Of a DNA stretch of 64,000 nucleotides, positions 52,266 to 62,434 are shown one piece after another. This stretch comes from Paramicrobacterium sp. CJ85 (GTDB taxonomy: Bacteria; Actinomycetota; Actinomycetes; Actinomycetales; Microbacteriaceae), in assembly GCF_051513965.1 (NCBI RefSeq), contig NZ_CP195847.1:3052608-3116607 (forward strand). The letters run 5' to 3'. Under the pieces are notes generated by a model. It was given only the letters and a program-made list of their open reading frames with translations. It was not told the DNA's origin and did no database searches. The translations under genes were made by a program, and so were the position numbers. Position 1 is the stretch's first letter. Each line of letters opens with the position of its first letter.

Positions 52266-54095
52266 TCAGCTGTTCTCGCGTCCGGGGGTCTGCTGACCGG
52301 CGTCGTGGCGCCTATCTGAACTCTGACCCCAACCGGAGTCCTCTCCTTGACTCTGCTCGCCACCGTCGTCACCGCCACCGCTCTCTCCGGAGCAGTACGT
52401 CAGCTCGACAGTGGAGTGCTGAGGTACATCGCCTGGTCCCGCTGACTGCGCAGTGACCGTCTGCGAGCCGTCGGCCGGACACGAGGCATCCGGTGACTCG
52501 ACCACCGTCAGCCCGAGCGAGTCGCCCTCGAGCTTCTGCTTGGCAGTCTCGAACGGATCACCGGTCACGTCGGGAACGGTCACCATGCCGGAGGAGACCA
52601 CGACGTCGACGGTGGAGCCCTTCGCGACCTCCTTGCCGATCTCGGGCGAGGTCTCGAGAACGGCGTCTTCAGGAACCGACGGCGAGTTGCCGCTGCTGAT
52701 CGAGCCCACCTCGAGTCCGGCATCCTCCAACGTCGCCTTGGCTTCATCGAGTGACATGTTTGCGACGTCGGGCACCGTGGACATCTCGGCGCCCGTCGAC
52801 ACGTAGACCTTGACCTGCGTGTTGGGGGCGACGCGCGTGCCCTCCTCGGGGTCGACCTTGATGACCTCGCCCTTCGGCACGTCAGCGTTTGACTCCTCGA
52901 ATTTCGTCGGCAGGAGGTCGAGGTCGGTGAGGGCCTTCTCAGCGCTCTCCCACGTCGTTCCGGTGAGTGTCGGAATGGTTCGGGATGCCGAGGGGACCGG
53001 CGATGTCTTCGGCAGCGTGACCACCCACCACAGAACCGCGAGCATGATGACGGCCACAACCGTCACTCCCGCCCAGATCCAGACGACCGGCGGGCGGCGC
53101 TGCGTGCGCGTCACGGTGTCGTCATTCGTGAGTTGGCGCAGCGCCTGCTCTGTCGTGTTGACGGGCTCCGGTGCGGTGCCGAACAGGCTCGTGGCGATGT
53201 CGTCTTCGCTCTTGGTGAGCGCGACGGTGTCGGCCGGAATGTGACCGGCCTCCGCCATGCTCAGGGCTTCGCCGAACTCGTTCGCGCTTTGATAGCGCTG
53301 AAAACGGTCCTTCGCGAGCCCGGTGAGCACGACCTTGTCGATCGCGGGCGAGACCTTGGGGTTGATGGTCGACGGCTTCACGGGCGTCTCGCTCACGTGC
53401 TGGTACGCCACCGAGACAGCGGTGTCTCCCTGGAACGGAGGGCGTCCGGTGAGCATCTCGAACAGCACGACGCTCGTCGAGTAGATGTCGGTGCGCGCGT
53501 CGACAGTCTCGCCCTTCGCCTGCTCCGGCGAGAAGTAGGAGGCGGTACCGAGAATCGCTGTGGTCTGCGCGACGGTCGACGAAGTGTCGCTCACGGCTCG
53601 AGCGATGCCGAAGTCCATGACCTTGACCTTGCCCTCGGGCGTGATCATGACGTTGCCCGGTTTGATGTCGCGGTGGACGACACCCGCACGGTGCGAGTAC
53701 TCGAGGGCAGTGAGTATGTCTCGGGTGATGCGCACGGCCTCGTCGACGTCGAGGGGCCCCTGCGCGATGAGGTCTTTGAGCTGCTGACCCTGCACGTATT
53801 CCATGACGATGAAGGGTTCGCGCACGATCTCGCCGTTGCTGTGGCGAATGGACTCCTCGCCGGCGTCGTAGACGCGGACGATGGTGGAGTGCGACATTCG
53901 CGAGGCCGCCTGGGCCTCTTGGCGGAAGCGGGTGCGGAACGCGGGATCGGTCGCGAGCTCGGATTTCAGGATCTTGATGGCAACAGTGCGCCCGAGCTTG
54001 GTGTCTCGTCCCTTATAGACGACCGCCATGCCCCCGCGGCCGATAACGGAACCGACGCGGTATCTCCCGGCCAGCACCCGCTCTTCGTCAACCAC
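52266..54095 (-). CDS. pknB: Ser/Thr protein kinase PknB with extracellular PASTA repeats
   Basis: Hanks kinase ([32 protein letters not shown]), TM helix and several PASTA repeats. Confidence 0.95.
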   Translation of the reverse strand: MVDEERVLAGRYRVGSVIGRGGMAVVYKGRDTKLGRTVAIKILKSELATDPAFRTRFRQEAQAASRMSHSTIVRVYDAGEESIRHSNGEIVREPFIVMEYVQGQQLKDLIAQGPLDVDEAVRITRDILTALEYSHRAGVVHRDIKPGNVMITPEGKVKVMDFGIARAVSDTSSTVAQTTAILGTASYFSPEQAKGETVDARTDIYSTSVVLFEMLTGRPPFQGDTAVSVAYQHVSETPVKPSTINPKVSPAIDKVVLTGLAKDRFQRYQSANEFGEALSMAEAGHIPADTVALTKSEDDIATSLFGTAPEPVNTTEQALRQLTNDDTVTRTQRRPPVVWIWAGVTVVAVIMLAVLWWVVTLPKTSPVPSASRTIPTLTGTTWESAEKALTDLDLLPTKFEESNADVPKGEVIKVDPEEGTRVAPNTQVKVYVSTGAEMSTVPDVANMSLDEAKATLEDAGLEVGSISSGNSPSVPEDAVLETSPEIGKEVAKGSTVDVVVSSGMVTVPDVTGDPFETAKQKLEGDSLGLTVVESPDASCPADGSQTVTAQSAGPGDVPQHSTVELTYCSGESGGGDDGGEQSQGEDSGWGQSSDRRHDAGQQTPGRENS

Positions 54096-54274
54096 CCATT
54101 AACTCCGTATCGCTCGCACCCACCCCTCGCGGGTCTTCGAACGCGTATAGCTTATCTGGCGGATGCTGGACACTCGCCTGAATCTGCACCGCGCTGAAGA
54201 ATCCTCAGCGTTCCGTTACGTACACATGACATCTGGCGCCCAAAAACGTCGTCGTGGCCTGAAATCGCCTGATT

Positions 54275-56101
54275 TCAGTGTTCTGTGCCGACGCTCTCGT
54301 TCTCGCGGGCGGGGTCCGAGGAGGTCTGGCCGCCCTGGCTCTGCCCGTTCTCACCGCCCTGGTCACCGCCGTTTCCTTCGTCACCACCCTGATCGCCGTC
54401 ACTCCAATTGATGGTGACGGTCGTCGGGTTTGATGCGGGGGATGCCGATTCGCCGCACATCGCCGTCAGCGAGACGGTCACTTGCGAGACGGACTCGTTC
54501 ACAGTCACGTCGAGGCCGAGGTTGCCGTCAGCGCCGACATCCTTCGAGGTCGGGCTTCCACCGTTGACGCTCACCCGGTACCCGGTCACATCTCCCGCAG
54601 GGCAGTTTCGGTAGGGGTTCCACGTCACGGTCAGCTTGTTCTCCTGACCCTTGGTCGCGTCGAACGAGCAGTTGTTCACGCATCCGTTCACTGCAGGGGA
54701 CTCCGGCGGCTTGGTCGGCGATGGGAGAGCACCCCACACGGTCAGCGTGATTGTGTCGCCCGGGTTCACCTTGCCATAGGGGCTCACGTCGTTGACCTTG
54801 CCGACCTGATCACTGGAGCTGGCTGGCGAGCCCTCCTTGCGCTCGGGCACGAGGCCGAGGTCGGTGAGCTTCTGTGCGGCTTCGTCGTAGCTCAGGCCGA
54901 GGAACTCGTCCTTGTTGATCTCGATCCGCGTGTTCGTCGGCGTGGGCGTCTTCGTCTTCGTCGGCTCAGAGGTGGTCGGCGGAGGCGACGACGTCTCGAT
55001 GGCGTCGCCATCGCCCTGGTTCACGAGCGCGAAGATCGTCCCGCCGAGAACCAGCACGAGGACCGCGATCAGAACGATCAGCGGCCACGTCCACGGGCTG
55101 CGCTTCTTCTTCTTTTCGTCTTCACCCTCTTCGCCTTCCTCGCCGGGAACGGGGAGAGCTGCAGTGCCGGTGTCTTCGTGCTCGGAGATCAGCTGTGTCG
55201 CGTCATCGTCTCCGCCAGCGATGATGCTCGTTCCGCCGGTGCCCTCGCCGACGGCGGGAACAGCCGCGGTCGCCGCGTTCACGTCGCCGCGACGCAGCGC
55301 GTTCGCGGCACGCACGACGTGCGCGGCGGATGCCGGGCGGTCCTCCGGGTTCTTCGCGATCATCGAGAACACGAGGTTCCGCACCGGCTCTGCCACCGTC
55401 GCCGGCAACTCGGGCGGAGCCTCGTTGATCTGAGCCATCGCGATGGCGACCTGTGACTCGCCCGTGAAGGGGCGCTTACCGGCGAGGCACTCGTAGCCGA
55501 CGATGCCGAGCGAGTAGATGTCAGTGGCGGGGGATGCCGGGTGGCCCGACGCCTGCTCGGGCGACAGGTACTGTACCGTTCCCATGACCTGGCCGGTCGC
55601 AGTCAGCGGCACCTGGTCCGCGATGCGGGCGATGCCGAAGTCGGTGATCTTCACTCGACGGTCCGGGGTGATCAGCAGGTTTCCGGGTTTGATGTCACGG
55701 TGCACGAGCCCTGCCGTGTGGGCAGCCTGCAGGGCGGCGGCGGTCTGCGCGACGATGTCGAGCGTGGCATCCGTCGACAGCACGTGCTCCCGCTCGAGCG
55801 TCGATGACAGTGCTTCGCCGGGCACAAGCTCCATGACGAGGAACGCTGAGCCATTTTCCTCGCCGTAGTCGAAGACGTTCGCGATGCCCTCGTGGTTGAC
55901 GAGAGCAGCATGTCGGGCCTCGGCGCGGAAGCGCTCGAGGAAGCCGGGGTCGCCCATGTACTCGTCTTTGAGGATCTTGATGGCGACCGTACGACCGATC
56001 ACATTGTCTGTGGCCTTCCAGACTTCGCCCATACCTCCGATGGCGATACGAGACTCCAGCTCGTAACGCCCACCGAAAGTCACCCCTGCCATGGGTCTCA
56101 T
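54275..56101 (-). CDS. pknA: Ser/Thr protein kinase, PknA-like, with extracellular PASTA plus beta-sandwich domain
   Basis: Hanks kinase ([27 protein letters not shown]), TM helix and a large ectodomain. Confidence 0.9.
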   Translation of the reverse strand: MRPMAGVTFGGRYELESRIAIGGMGEVWKATDNVIGRTVAIKILKDEYMGDPGFLERFRAEARHAALVNHEGIANVFDYGEENGSAFLVMELVPGEALSSTLEREHVLSTDATLDIVAQTAAALQAAHTAGLVHRDIKPGNLLITPDRRVKITDFGIARIADQVPLTATGQVMGTVQYLSPEQASGHPASPATDIYSLGIVGYECLAGKRPFTGESQVAIAMAQINEAPPELPATVAEPVRNLVFSMIAKNPEDRPASAAHVVRAANALRRGDVNAATAAVPAVGEGTGGTSIIAGGDDDATQLISEHEDTGTAALPVPGEEGEEGEDEKKKKRSPWTWPLIVLIAVLVLVLGGTIFALVNQGDGDAIETSSPPPTTSEPTKTKTPTPTNTRIEINKDEFLGLSYDEAAQKLTDLGLVPERKEGSPASSSDQVGKVNDVSPYGKVNPGDTITLTVWGALPSPTKPPESPAVNGCVNNCSFDATKGQENKLTVTWNPYRNCPAGDVTGYRVSVNGGSPTSKDVGADGNLGLDVTVNESVSQVTVSLTAMCGESASPASNPTTVTINWSDGDQGGDEGNGGDQGGENGQSQGGQTSSDPARENESVGTEH

Positions 56102-57558
56102 TCGTTCAGCACCGCCTCAATTACCTGTTTGGCGACCGGAGCCGCAATCGAGTTGCCGCTACCGGACTGGCCTTTTCCGCCGCCATCTTCAATTACCACT
56201 GCTACTGCGACCTGGGGGTTGTCCGCGGGGGCGAAACCGGTGAACCACAGGGAGTATGGCTCGTCGGACCCGTTCTCAGCCGTACCGGTCTTTCCAGCCA
56301 CACTGACTCCGTCTATTGTGGCATTACTCGCGGCTCCGCTTCGGACACTCAGCTGCATTGCATCCGCCACACTCGCGGCCACATCGGGCGAGGTCGCCTC
56401 GTTGTACACAGATGGCGTGAAGCTCTGCAGCACCTCGAGGTTTCTGCCCGTCACGCGATCGACGAGCGATGGCTGCATGACTTTTCCTTCGTTCGCAATT
56501 CCGGCGGATACCATCGCCATCTGCATCGGCGTCGAGCGCACGCTCGCCTGGCCGAACGCCGAGAGGCCGGTCTCGGCGTCGTTGAGGCCTTCCTGCGGGT
56601 AGGTGCTCGTGCCGCACTGGAGCGGAATGGTGATGTTCTCGTCGTTGAACCCAAACTTCTCCGCGGTCTCGCGAATGGCGTCATCGCCGAGCTTGATGCC
56701 GAGTTCTGCCATCGGGATGTTGCAGCTCAGTCGGATCGCGTCGGCAATCGTCACTTCGCTGCCCTTGCCGCACGTGCCGCGTGTGGAGTTGTAGATCTTC
56801 GTCGACGTTCCCGGCAGCGTGAACGAGGCGGGGTTCGGCAGCTTGGAGTCCGGAGTGTAATCACCGGACGCGAAGGCCGCCGCCGCGACGACCAGCTTGA
56901 AGGTCGAGCCGGGAGGGTTCTGATCGCCGGCGATCGCTCGGTTGTAGAGCGGCTTGCCCGGAGCATCCAGCAATTCGTTGTACGTGCGGATGACTGCATC
57001 GCTGTCGTGCGATGCAAGGCTGTTCGGATCGTATGTCGGAGTTGTGACCATGGCGAGGACACGGCCGGTCTTCGGCTCGATCGCCACGATGCCGCCCGTG
57101 TAGCCCTTCATCGCGTTCCAAGCAGCCTCCTGGACCTTCGGGTCGATCGTGACCTCGACGGCCGCGCCCTTCGGGTCCTGCCCGGCGATGATCTGGTTCA
57201 GACTGTCGAGGAACTGCGAGTTCGAGGTTCCCGAGAGGTACTGGTTCATCGCGTGCTCGAGGCCGCTGGAGCCCTGTGTGGGGTTGAAGTAGCCCGTGAT
57301 CGAGGCATACATCTCACCCTGCGGGTATTCACGCTGGTAGACGTAACGGTCGCCCGTCGGCACCGACTGCGCGAGCACCGTGTCGCCGGCGAGAATCGCA
57401 CCGCGCTCGGTCTGGTAGCTGTCATAGAGCGTGCGGGTGTTGCGCGGATCGTTCGCAAGGGTGTCAGCCTGGATGCCTTGAATGACGGTCGTCGACGTGA
57501 ACAGCGCGAGGAACATCGCCACCACGACGATGCTGATGCGCTTGAATTCCTTGTTCAC
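56098..57558 (-). CDS. pbpA: Penicillin-binding protein PbpA (class B transpeptidase)
   Basis: STFK, SRN-like and KTG(T) motifs. Overlaps pknA and rodA by 4 nt each. Confidence 0.95.
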   Translation of the reverse strand: MNKEFKRISIVVVAMFLALFTSTTVIQGIQADTLANDPRNTRTLYDSYQTERGAILAGDTVLAQSVPTGDRYVYQREYPQGEMYASITGYFNPTQGSSGLEHAMNQYLSGTSNSQFLDSLNQIIAGQDPKGAAVEVTIDPKVQEAAWNAMKGYTGGIVAIEPKTGRVLAMVTTPTYDPNSLASHDSDAVIRTYNELLDAPGKPLYNRAIAGDQNPPGSTFKLVVAAAAFASGDYTPDSKLPNPASFTLPGTSTKIYNSTRGTCGKGSEVTIADAIRLSCNIPMAELGIKLGDDAIRETAEKFGFNDENITIPLQCGTSTYPQEGLNDAETGLSAFGQASVRSTPMQMAMVSAGIANEGKVMQPSLVDRVTGRNLEVLQSFTPSVYNEATSPDVAASVADAMQLSVRSGAASNATIDGVSVAGKTGTAENGSDEPYSLWFTGFAPADNPQVAVAVVIEDGGGKGQSGSGNSIAAPVAKQVIEAVLNE

Positions 57559-58958
57559 GCGCTCACCTCCGCGGGCTTTCGCTTCACGCTGTCACTGACG
57601 CGCAGAAGGATCGCGATGATCATCCAGTTGGCGACGAGTGACGATCCACCCGCCGCGAGGAACGGTGTCGTGAGACCGGTGAGCGGGATCACCCGTGTGA
57701 CGCCGCCGACCATGATGAACACCTGCAGTGCGATCGTGAACGCGAGGCCGAGCGAGAGCAATTTGCTGAAGTCGTCCTGCCCGACGAAGCCGATGCGGAT
57801 GCCGCGCGAGACGAGCACGAGGTACAGCACGAGAATCGCGAAGATGCCCGCGAGACCCAGCTCCTCGCCGAGGCTCGCGATGATGTAGTCGCTCTCGGCG
57901 ACTGGGGTGAGATGCGGGCGTCCCTGCCCGAGACCCGTGCCGATGAGGCCGCCGTGCGCGAGACCGAAGATGCCCTGCACGAGCTGCCAACTCCCACCGA
58001 CCTCGGCGTCGTACACCGCGGGATCGAACGCGTTGATCCAGTTGTTGAAGCGGTTCTGCACGTACGTGAGGTACTGGCTTGCGACAGCCGCGCCAACTCC
58101 GAACAGGCCGACGCCGATGAGCACCCAGCTGAGGCGTCCCGTCGCTGCGTACAGCATGATCGTGAACATGCCGAAGTAGAGAAGCGCGGTTCCCATGTCG
58201 CGCTCGAACACGATGATGAGCATCGCGAAGACCCAGACGACCAGAATGGGCCCGAGGTCGCGCAGCCGGGGGAAGCGCACACCGAGGAACTTCTTGCCCA
58301 CCATGGAGAGGCTGTCGCGCGTGCGAACGAGATACCCGGCGAAGAAGACGGCGAGGGCGATCTTGGCGACCTCACCGGGCTGGAACGACATCACGTCGCC
58401 GAACCCGATCCAGACCTTCGCCCCGTTGACGCTGCGGCCGAGACCGGGCACGAGGGGCAGGAGCAGCAGCACGAATGCTATGAGCCCGTAGATGTAGGTG
58501 TACCGGAACAGTACGCGGTGGTTGCGCAGCACCAGAATGACCACGATCGCGGCGACGATGGCGATAGCGCTCCATGCGATCTGACGAGTGGATGCCGCGG
58601 CCCAGCCGGCGTTGCCCTCCGCGATGTCGATGCGGTAGATCTCCGCGATGCCGAGCCCGTTAAGCACCGTCGCGATCGGCAGCAGCAGCGGATCCGCCTG
58701 CACGGCGACGTAGCGCAGGCAGATGTGCAGCCCGAAGACGAGCGCGGACAGCGCGGCGCCATAGTAGATGAGCGTGAAGTCGAGCTCGCCGAGCGCGCCG
58801 AGTTGCACGAGCATGATCGCGACGGTGTTCACGATGCACGCGAAGATCAGCAGCATGAGCTCGCGGTTGCGGAGTTTCTGCGGAACATGCAGCTTGCGCA
58901 TGATCCGGATCACGGCGGTGTCCGGCGTCACGCTGCCATCGCTCTGCACTGCGGTCAT
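57555..58958 (-). CDS. rodA: SEDS-family peptidoglycan polymerase RodA/FtsW
   Basis: Ten-TM SEDS protein with the conserved GLIGTGLGQG region. Confidence 0.95.
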   Translation of the reverse strand: MTAVQSDGSVTPDTAVIRIMRKLHVPQKLRNRELMLLIFACIVNTVAIMLVQLGALGELDFTLIYYGAALSALVFGLHICLRYVAVQADPLLLPIATVLNGLGIAEIYRIDIAEGNAGWAAASTRQIAWSAIAIVAAIVVILVLRNHRVLFRYTYIYGLIAFVLLLLPLVPGLGRSVNGAKVWIGFGDVMSFQPGEVAKIALAVFFAGYLVRTRDSLSMVGKKFLGVRFPRLRDLGPILVVWVFAMLIIVFERDMGTALLYFGMFTIMLYAATGRLSWVLIGVGLFGVGAAVASQYLTYVQNRFNNWINAFDPAVYDAEVGGSWQLVQGIFGLAHGGLIGTGLGQGRPHLTPVAESDYIIASLGEELGLAGIFAILVLYLVLVSRGIRIGFVGQDDFSKLLSLGLAFTIALQVFIMVGGVTRVIPLTGLTTPFLAAGGSSLVANWMIIAILLRVSDSVKRKPAEVSA

Positions 58959-60268
58959 CCGTCACCTCCGTCCGTCGGCGTGGGTGTAGGGGTCGCCGTC
59001 TCACCGGGCCCGCCGGTGTCGGCATCCTCGTCGTCTGGTTGATCGATTCTCAGACGGGAGACGATATCGCGGGCATCCTGAAGACTTGCCGCGCTGATCG
59101 TGCGCTCGACCTCCTGGCGGTCGTAGAACGAGAGTTCAGAGAGCAGGATGCCGGTGTCGTAGTACTCGTGCGACAGCGAGAACGGGCCGACGTTCTGCTG
59201 GATGCCCTGGTAGATCACGACAGTGTCTTCGTCGGAGCCGACATAGTAGCGGGTCTGCGTCCATGAGTACGCACCGAGCAGACCCAGCACGAGGGCGAGA
59301 ACGAGCACGAAGATGCCGAGCGCCCACGTCAGGCGGCGGCGACGCGCTCGTCGGGCATCCTCTTCGATGAGCTCCTCGAGGTAGTCCTCCGCTGCCGGCT
59401 CGAAGTGCGACGGGTCAAGGGGCGCGACGCGGCCGGTGTGCAGACGGAGCGCGGGAATGAGCCCGGTGCGGCGTGACGGCTTGACTTCGAAGGCGAGCGG
59501 CTGCGACGCCGACCCGACGGTGACAGGACCGGATGCCGTGCTCTTCGCCCCGATGTCGAGGACGACCACCGTGACGTTGTCCGGCGCACCGTTGTCGAGG
59601 GTCTTCTTGACCAGACGATCTGCAGTCTTCTGGGCGTTCATGCCCGCGGCGGCGATGCGAAGGGTGTCTTTGTCGTCGACGTAGTCGCTGAGGCCGTCCG
59701 AGCAGATGATCCACCGGTCGCCGTCCTGCACCGTCATCGACAGCAGGTCCACCTCGGGCGCTGTCTCCACGTCGCCGAGAACGCGCATGAGCACCGAACG
59801 GCGCGGGTGCACCCGCGCCTCTGCCGGTGTGATGCGGCCGGAGTCCACCAGCTTCTGCACGAACGTGTGGTCGGTGGTGATCTGCGTGAGCTTGCCGTTG
59901 CGGAGCAGGTAGATGCGCGAGTCGCCGATGTGTGCGATGGCGACTTCGTCGCCCACGATCATCAGTGCGTCGACCGTGGTGCCCATGCCCGTGAGCTCGG
60001 GATGGTCGTAGACCGTTTCGCTCAGCTGATCGTTGGCCGCCATGATGGCGTCCTGCATCGCGGCCTGCGCATCTTCGACCGTCTCGTACAGGGCATCCGC
60101 CTCGATGATGCGCTTCGCCGCGATCGCCGAGGCGACGTCACCGCCCGCGTGACCGCCCATGCCGTCGGCGATCATGAACAGGTGCTCGCCGGCGTACCCG
60201 GAGTCCTGATTGTTGGAGCGGATCTTGCCGACGTCGGTGGCTGCCGCGGCGTTTGCCTTGATGGGCAT
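58955..60268 (-). CDS. pstP: PP2C-family Ser/Thr phosphatase PstP
   Basis: PP2C motifs (DGMGGHAGGDVAS; SDGL), TM helix and an extracellular Pro/Thr-rich tail. Confidence 0.95.
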   Translation of the reverse strand: MPIKANAAAATDVGKIRSNNQDSGYAGEHLFMIADGMGGHAGGDVASAIAAKRIIEADALYETVEDAQAAMQDAIMAANDQLSETVYDHPELTGMGTTVDALMIVGDEVAIAHIGDSRIYLLRNGKLTQITTDHTFVQKLVDSGRITPAEARVHPRRSVLMRVLGDVETAPEVDLLSMTVQDGDRWIICSDGLSDYVDDKDTLRIAAAGMNAQKTADRLVKKTLDNGAPDNVTVVVLDIGAKSTASGPVTVGSASQPLAFEVKPSRRTGLIPALRLHTGRVAPLDPSHFEPAAEDYLEELIEEDARRARRRRLTWALGIFVLVLALVLGLLGAYSWTQTRYYVGSDEDTVVIYQGIQQNVGPFSLSHEYYDTGILLSELSFYDRQEVERTISAASLQDARDIVSRLRIDQPDDEDADTGGPGETATPTPTPTDGGDG

Positions 60269-60271
60269 GGG

Positions 60272-60787
60272 TCAGCCTCGCAGCTCGAACGTGGTCTGGC
60301 CCACCTTGATGGGCGCGCCGAGCTTCACCTGTGTGGGCGCTCCGACGCGCTTGCCGGAGAGGAAAGTGCCGTTCGTGGAGTCGAGGTCTTGAAGCATCCA
60401 ATCGTCGTTCCACAGCAGCAGACGTGCGTGATGTGTGGAGGTGTAGTCGTCGCGCAGCACCAGCGTGGAGTCGGACGATCGGCCGACCGTGATGGGACCC
60501 TTGCCGAGCGGAATCTCGGTGCCTTGCTTCGTGCCGGAGGTGATCACGATGCGCGAGGCGTTGTGAACTGTGGCGTTTCCGCTGCGAGCGGCGCGCGGGG
60601 CGGGGGCCGGGTCCACTCGCGGTTTGGGGGGAGAGGATGCCGCGCGCGCAGCAGCCTGCTTGCGCTCCTCTGCCTTGCGGGTCTGCCCGAAGAGGTCGCT
60701 GCGGAGGGCATAGACGACCCCGAGCACGAAGAACCAGAGCAGAATCAGAAAGCCGAAGCGCAGAACGAGAAGAGTCAGTTCACTCAC
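60272..60787 (-). CDS. fhaB: FHA-domain protein FhaB (FipA-like)
   Basis: N-terminal TM plus C-terminal FHA domain (GRSSDSTLVLRDDYTSTHHARLL...). Confidence 0.9.
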   Translation of the reverse strand: MSELTLLVLRFGFLILLWFFVLGVVYALRSDLFGQTRKAEERKQAAARAASSPPKPRVDPAPAPRAARSGNATVHNASRIVITSGTKQGTEIPLGKGPITVGRSSDSTLVLRDDYTSTHHARLLLWNDDWMLQDLDSTNGTFLSGKRVGAPTQVKLGAPIKVGQTTFELRG

Positions 60788-61551
60788 GAGCTAGGCCCCC
60801 AGAATCCGCCCATGTCGGTGCGCCGTGTCGGAACATCGGCGCCCGAGACGTGTCGCGTCTGCGCGAGGACCCGGAACGTGATGCGGGTGCGGCCGATCTG
60901 GATGACCGAGTCAGGGGCGAGTGCCGCCTGGCTGAACTTCTGCCCGTTGAGCTTCGAGCCGTTGGTCGAGCCGAGGTCGCGGGCCTGGGCGCGCTCGCCG
61001 TCCCAGAGGATCTCCACGTGCTTGCGGCTCGTGCCGGAGTCGTTGACGGTGATGTCCGCGTCGCTTCCGCGACCGATGACTGTGCGCGACTTCGTGATGG
61101 TGTGGCGCTCGCCGTCGATGTCGACCACCGGCTGCCATGTGACGTCGCCCTTGAGGTTCTGTGAGTCGACCTGCAGCATCCCATCGCTCAACGAGGGGTC
61201 GGAGGTGAGCGAGATCTCGATGCCGCCGGCGAACTGGTAGCCCTGCTGCTTCGCGTGCTTCTGGACGACGCTCGTGAGCTCATCGACCAGCGCGTCGCCC
61301 ATGCGCTGCATCCGCTCAGCGTCTGCGACGGACATCGCGACGGTGAAGCGGTTGGGAACGAGGATGCGGTCGCGTGTGACGACTGCGGCCTGTGTGTCGA
61401 GTTCGCGTTTGAGCGCGCTGGAGATCTCGACCGGCTGCAGTCCGGCTCGGAAGGTTTTCGCGAAGGCGCCGTTGACGGCACGCTCGAGACCCTTCTCGAA
61501 GTTGTCCAGTATGCCCACAGCTCTCCTGTTCGGTTCAGTGGCTAGGGACAT
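60784..61551 (-). CDS. fhaA: FHA-domain protein FhaA (DUF3662 plus FHA)
   Basis: N-terminal DUF3662-like (ILDNFEKGLERAVNGAFAKTF) and C-terminal FHA (IGRGSDADITVNDSGTSRKHVEIL). Start ATG 61551; alternative 61578. Confidence 0.85.
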   Translation of the reverse strand: MSLATEPNRRAVGILDNFEKGLERAVNGAFAKTFRAGLQPVEISSALKRELDTQAAVVTRDRILVPNRFTVAMSVADAERMQRMGDALVDELTSVVQKHAKQQGYQFAGGIEISLTSDPSLSDGMLQVDSQNLKGDVTWQPVVDIDGERHTITKSRTVIGRGSDADITVNDSGTSRKHVEILWDGERAQARDLGSTNGSKLNGQKFSQAALAPDSVIQIGRTRITFRVLAQTRHVSGADVPTRRTDMGGFWGPSS

Positions 61552-61695
61552 GCTAACGGGAAGGACTGAGAGCGGCATCTCGCACACCGTGTTCTTGGGG
61601 TGCTTCTCGGGGTCTTCGGCGGCTTCTCTCCGATTCCTCACCGGCGAGGATTTCGTGCTAATCTCGCTGAGTTGACACAGTGATGTGCTCTTCAC

Positions 61696-61779
<84 letters not shown>

Positions 61780-61785
61780 CTCAAT

Positions 61786-61840
61786 GAGCGATGTTGTAAC
61801 CCGGGCCTGAAGAGACAGGTCTTGGGTTACAGCATCGCTC
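61786..61840 (+). terminator. Long hairpin immediately after tRNA-Leu
   Basis: 17-bp stem GAGCGATGTTGTAACCC / GGGTTACAGCATCGCTC (one G-U wobble) with a 21-nt loop containing a mini-hairpin, followed by TTCTTGTT. Confidence 0.6.
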
Positions 61841-61844
61841 TTCT

Positions 61845-62241
61845 TGTTGCTGGCGGTGTGCTGGTTGGCCCAGGCGATGGCCTGCCGCTTGGTGGTCTCA
61901 TCGAGGATGGTCTCGAAGGGGGCTGCGGTGTCGGCGGTGAGTGTGTCGTCCTCGTTGAGGTAGATGCGGGTGAAGAACGTCTGGTTGGCGAGGCGCTTGT
62001 TCTGTTCGTCGCAGCGTTCGTACACGGCGGCGAAGTCGCGTGCGAGGTCGAGGGCTCCGTCGATGAGGGCGCGGGCTCCTTGATAGTCGTTGTGGTGTTC
62101 AGCGATTTGGGCTTCGATCCCATCCAGTTCTGCCCGCAACCTGGTCTGGAACTTCTTCAACTGATCCAGAGTGAGGGCATCGGCGAGATGGGCTTCGAGG
62201 AGCTTGTCTTGCTCAGTCAGGATCTGACTGCTCCAGATGGG
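61845..62241 (-). pseudogene. Orphan coding fragment abutting tRNA-Leu, possibly the C-terminal remnant of a recombinase or mobile-element gene
   Basis: In-frame coiled-coil-like segment ...LKKFQTRLRAELDGIEAQIAEHH...NQTFFTRIYLNEDDTLTADTAAPFETILDE... with no N-terminal catalytic domain. The frame is closed upstream by a stop at 62242-62244, and the 3-prime end of the track ORF is translation of the tRNA and hairpin. Confidence 0.25.
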
Positions 62242-62434
62242 TTACGCGCTGTCTGCTCTCGTGCGAAGACCGGGCGGTTCGTCGGATTCATGGAACGGCT
62301 CGTCGCGTGCCGCGAAGGATGAGCGAGGTAGAAGGGGAGTCGATCTGAACGGCGGAGGAGTCGAGAGATGCTGGTGGGTTGGCGAGACAGTCTGTGTGAT
62401 CGCCGTCGGCCTCCTCATTCCTGCACGCTCTCAG

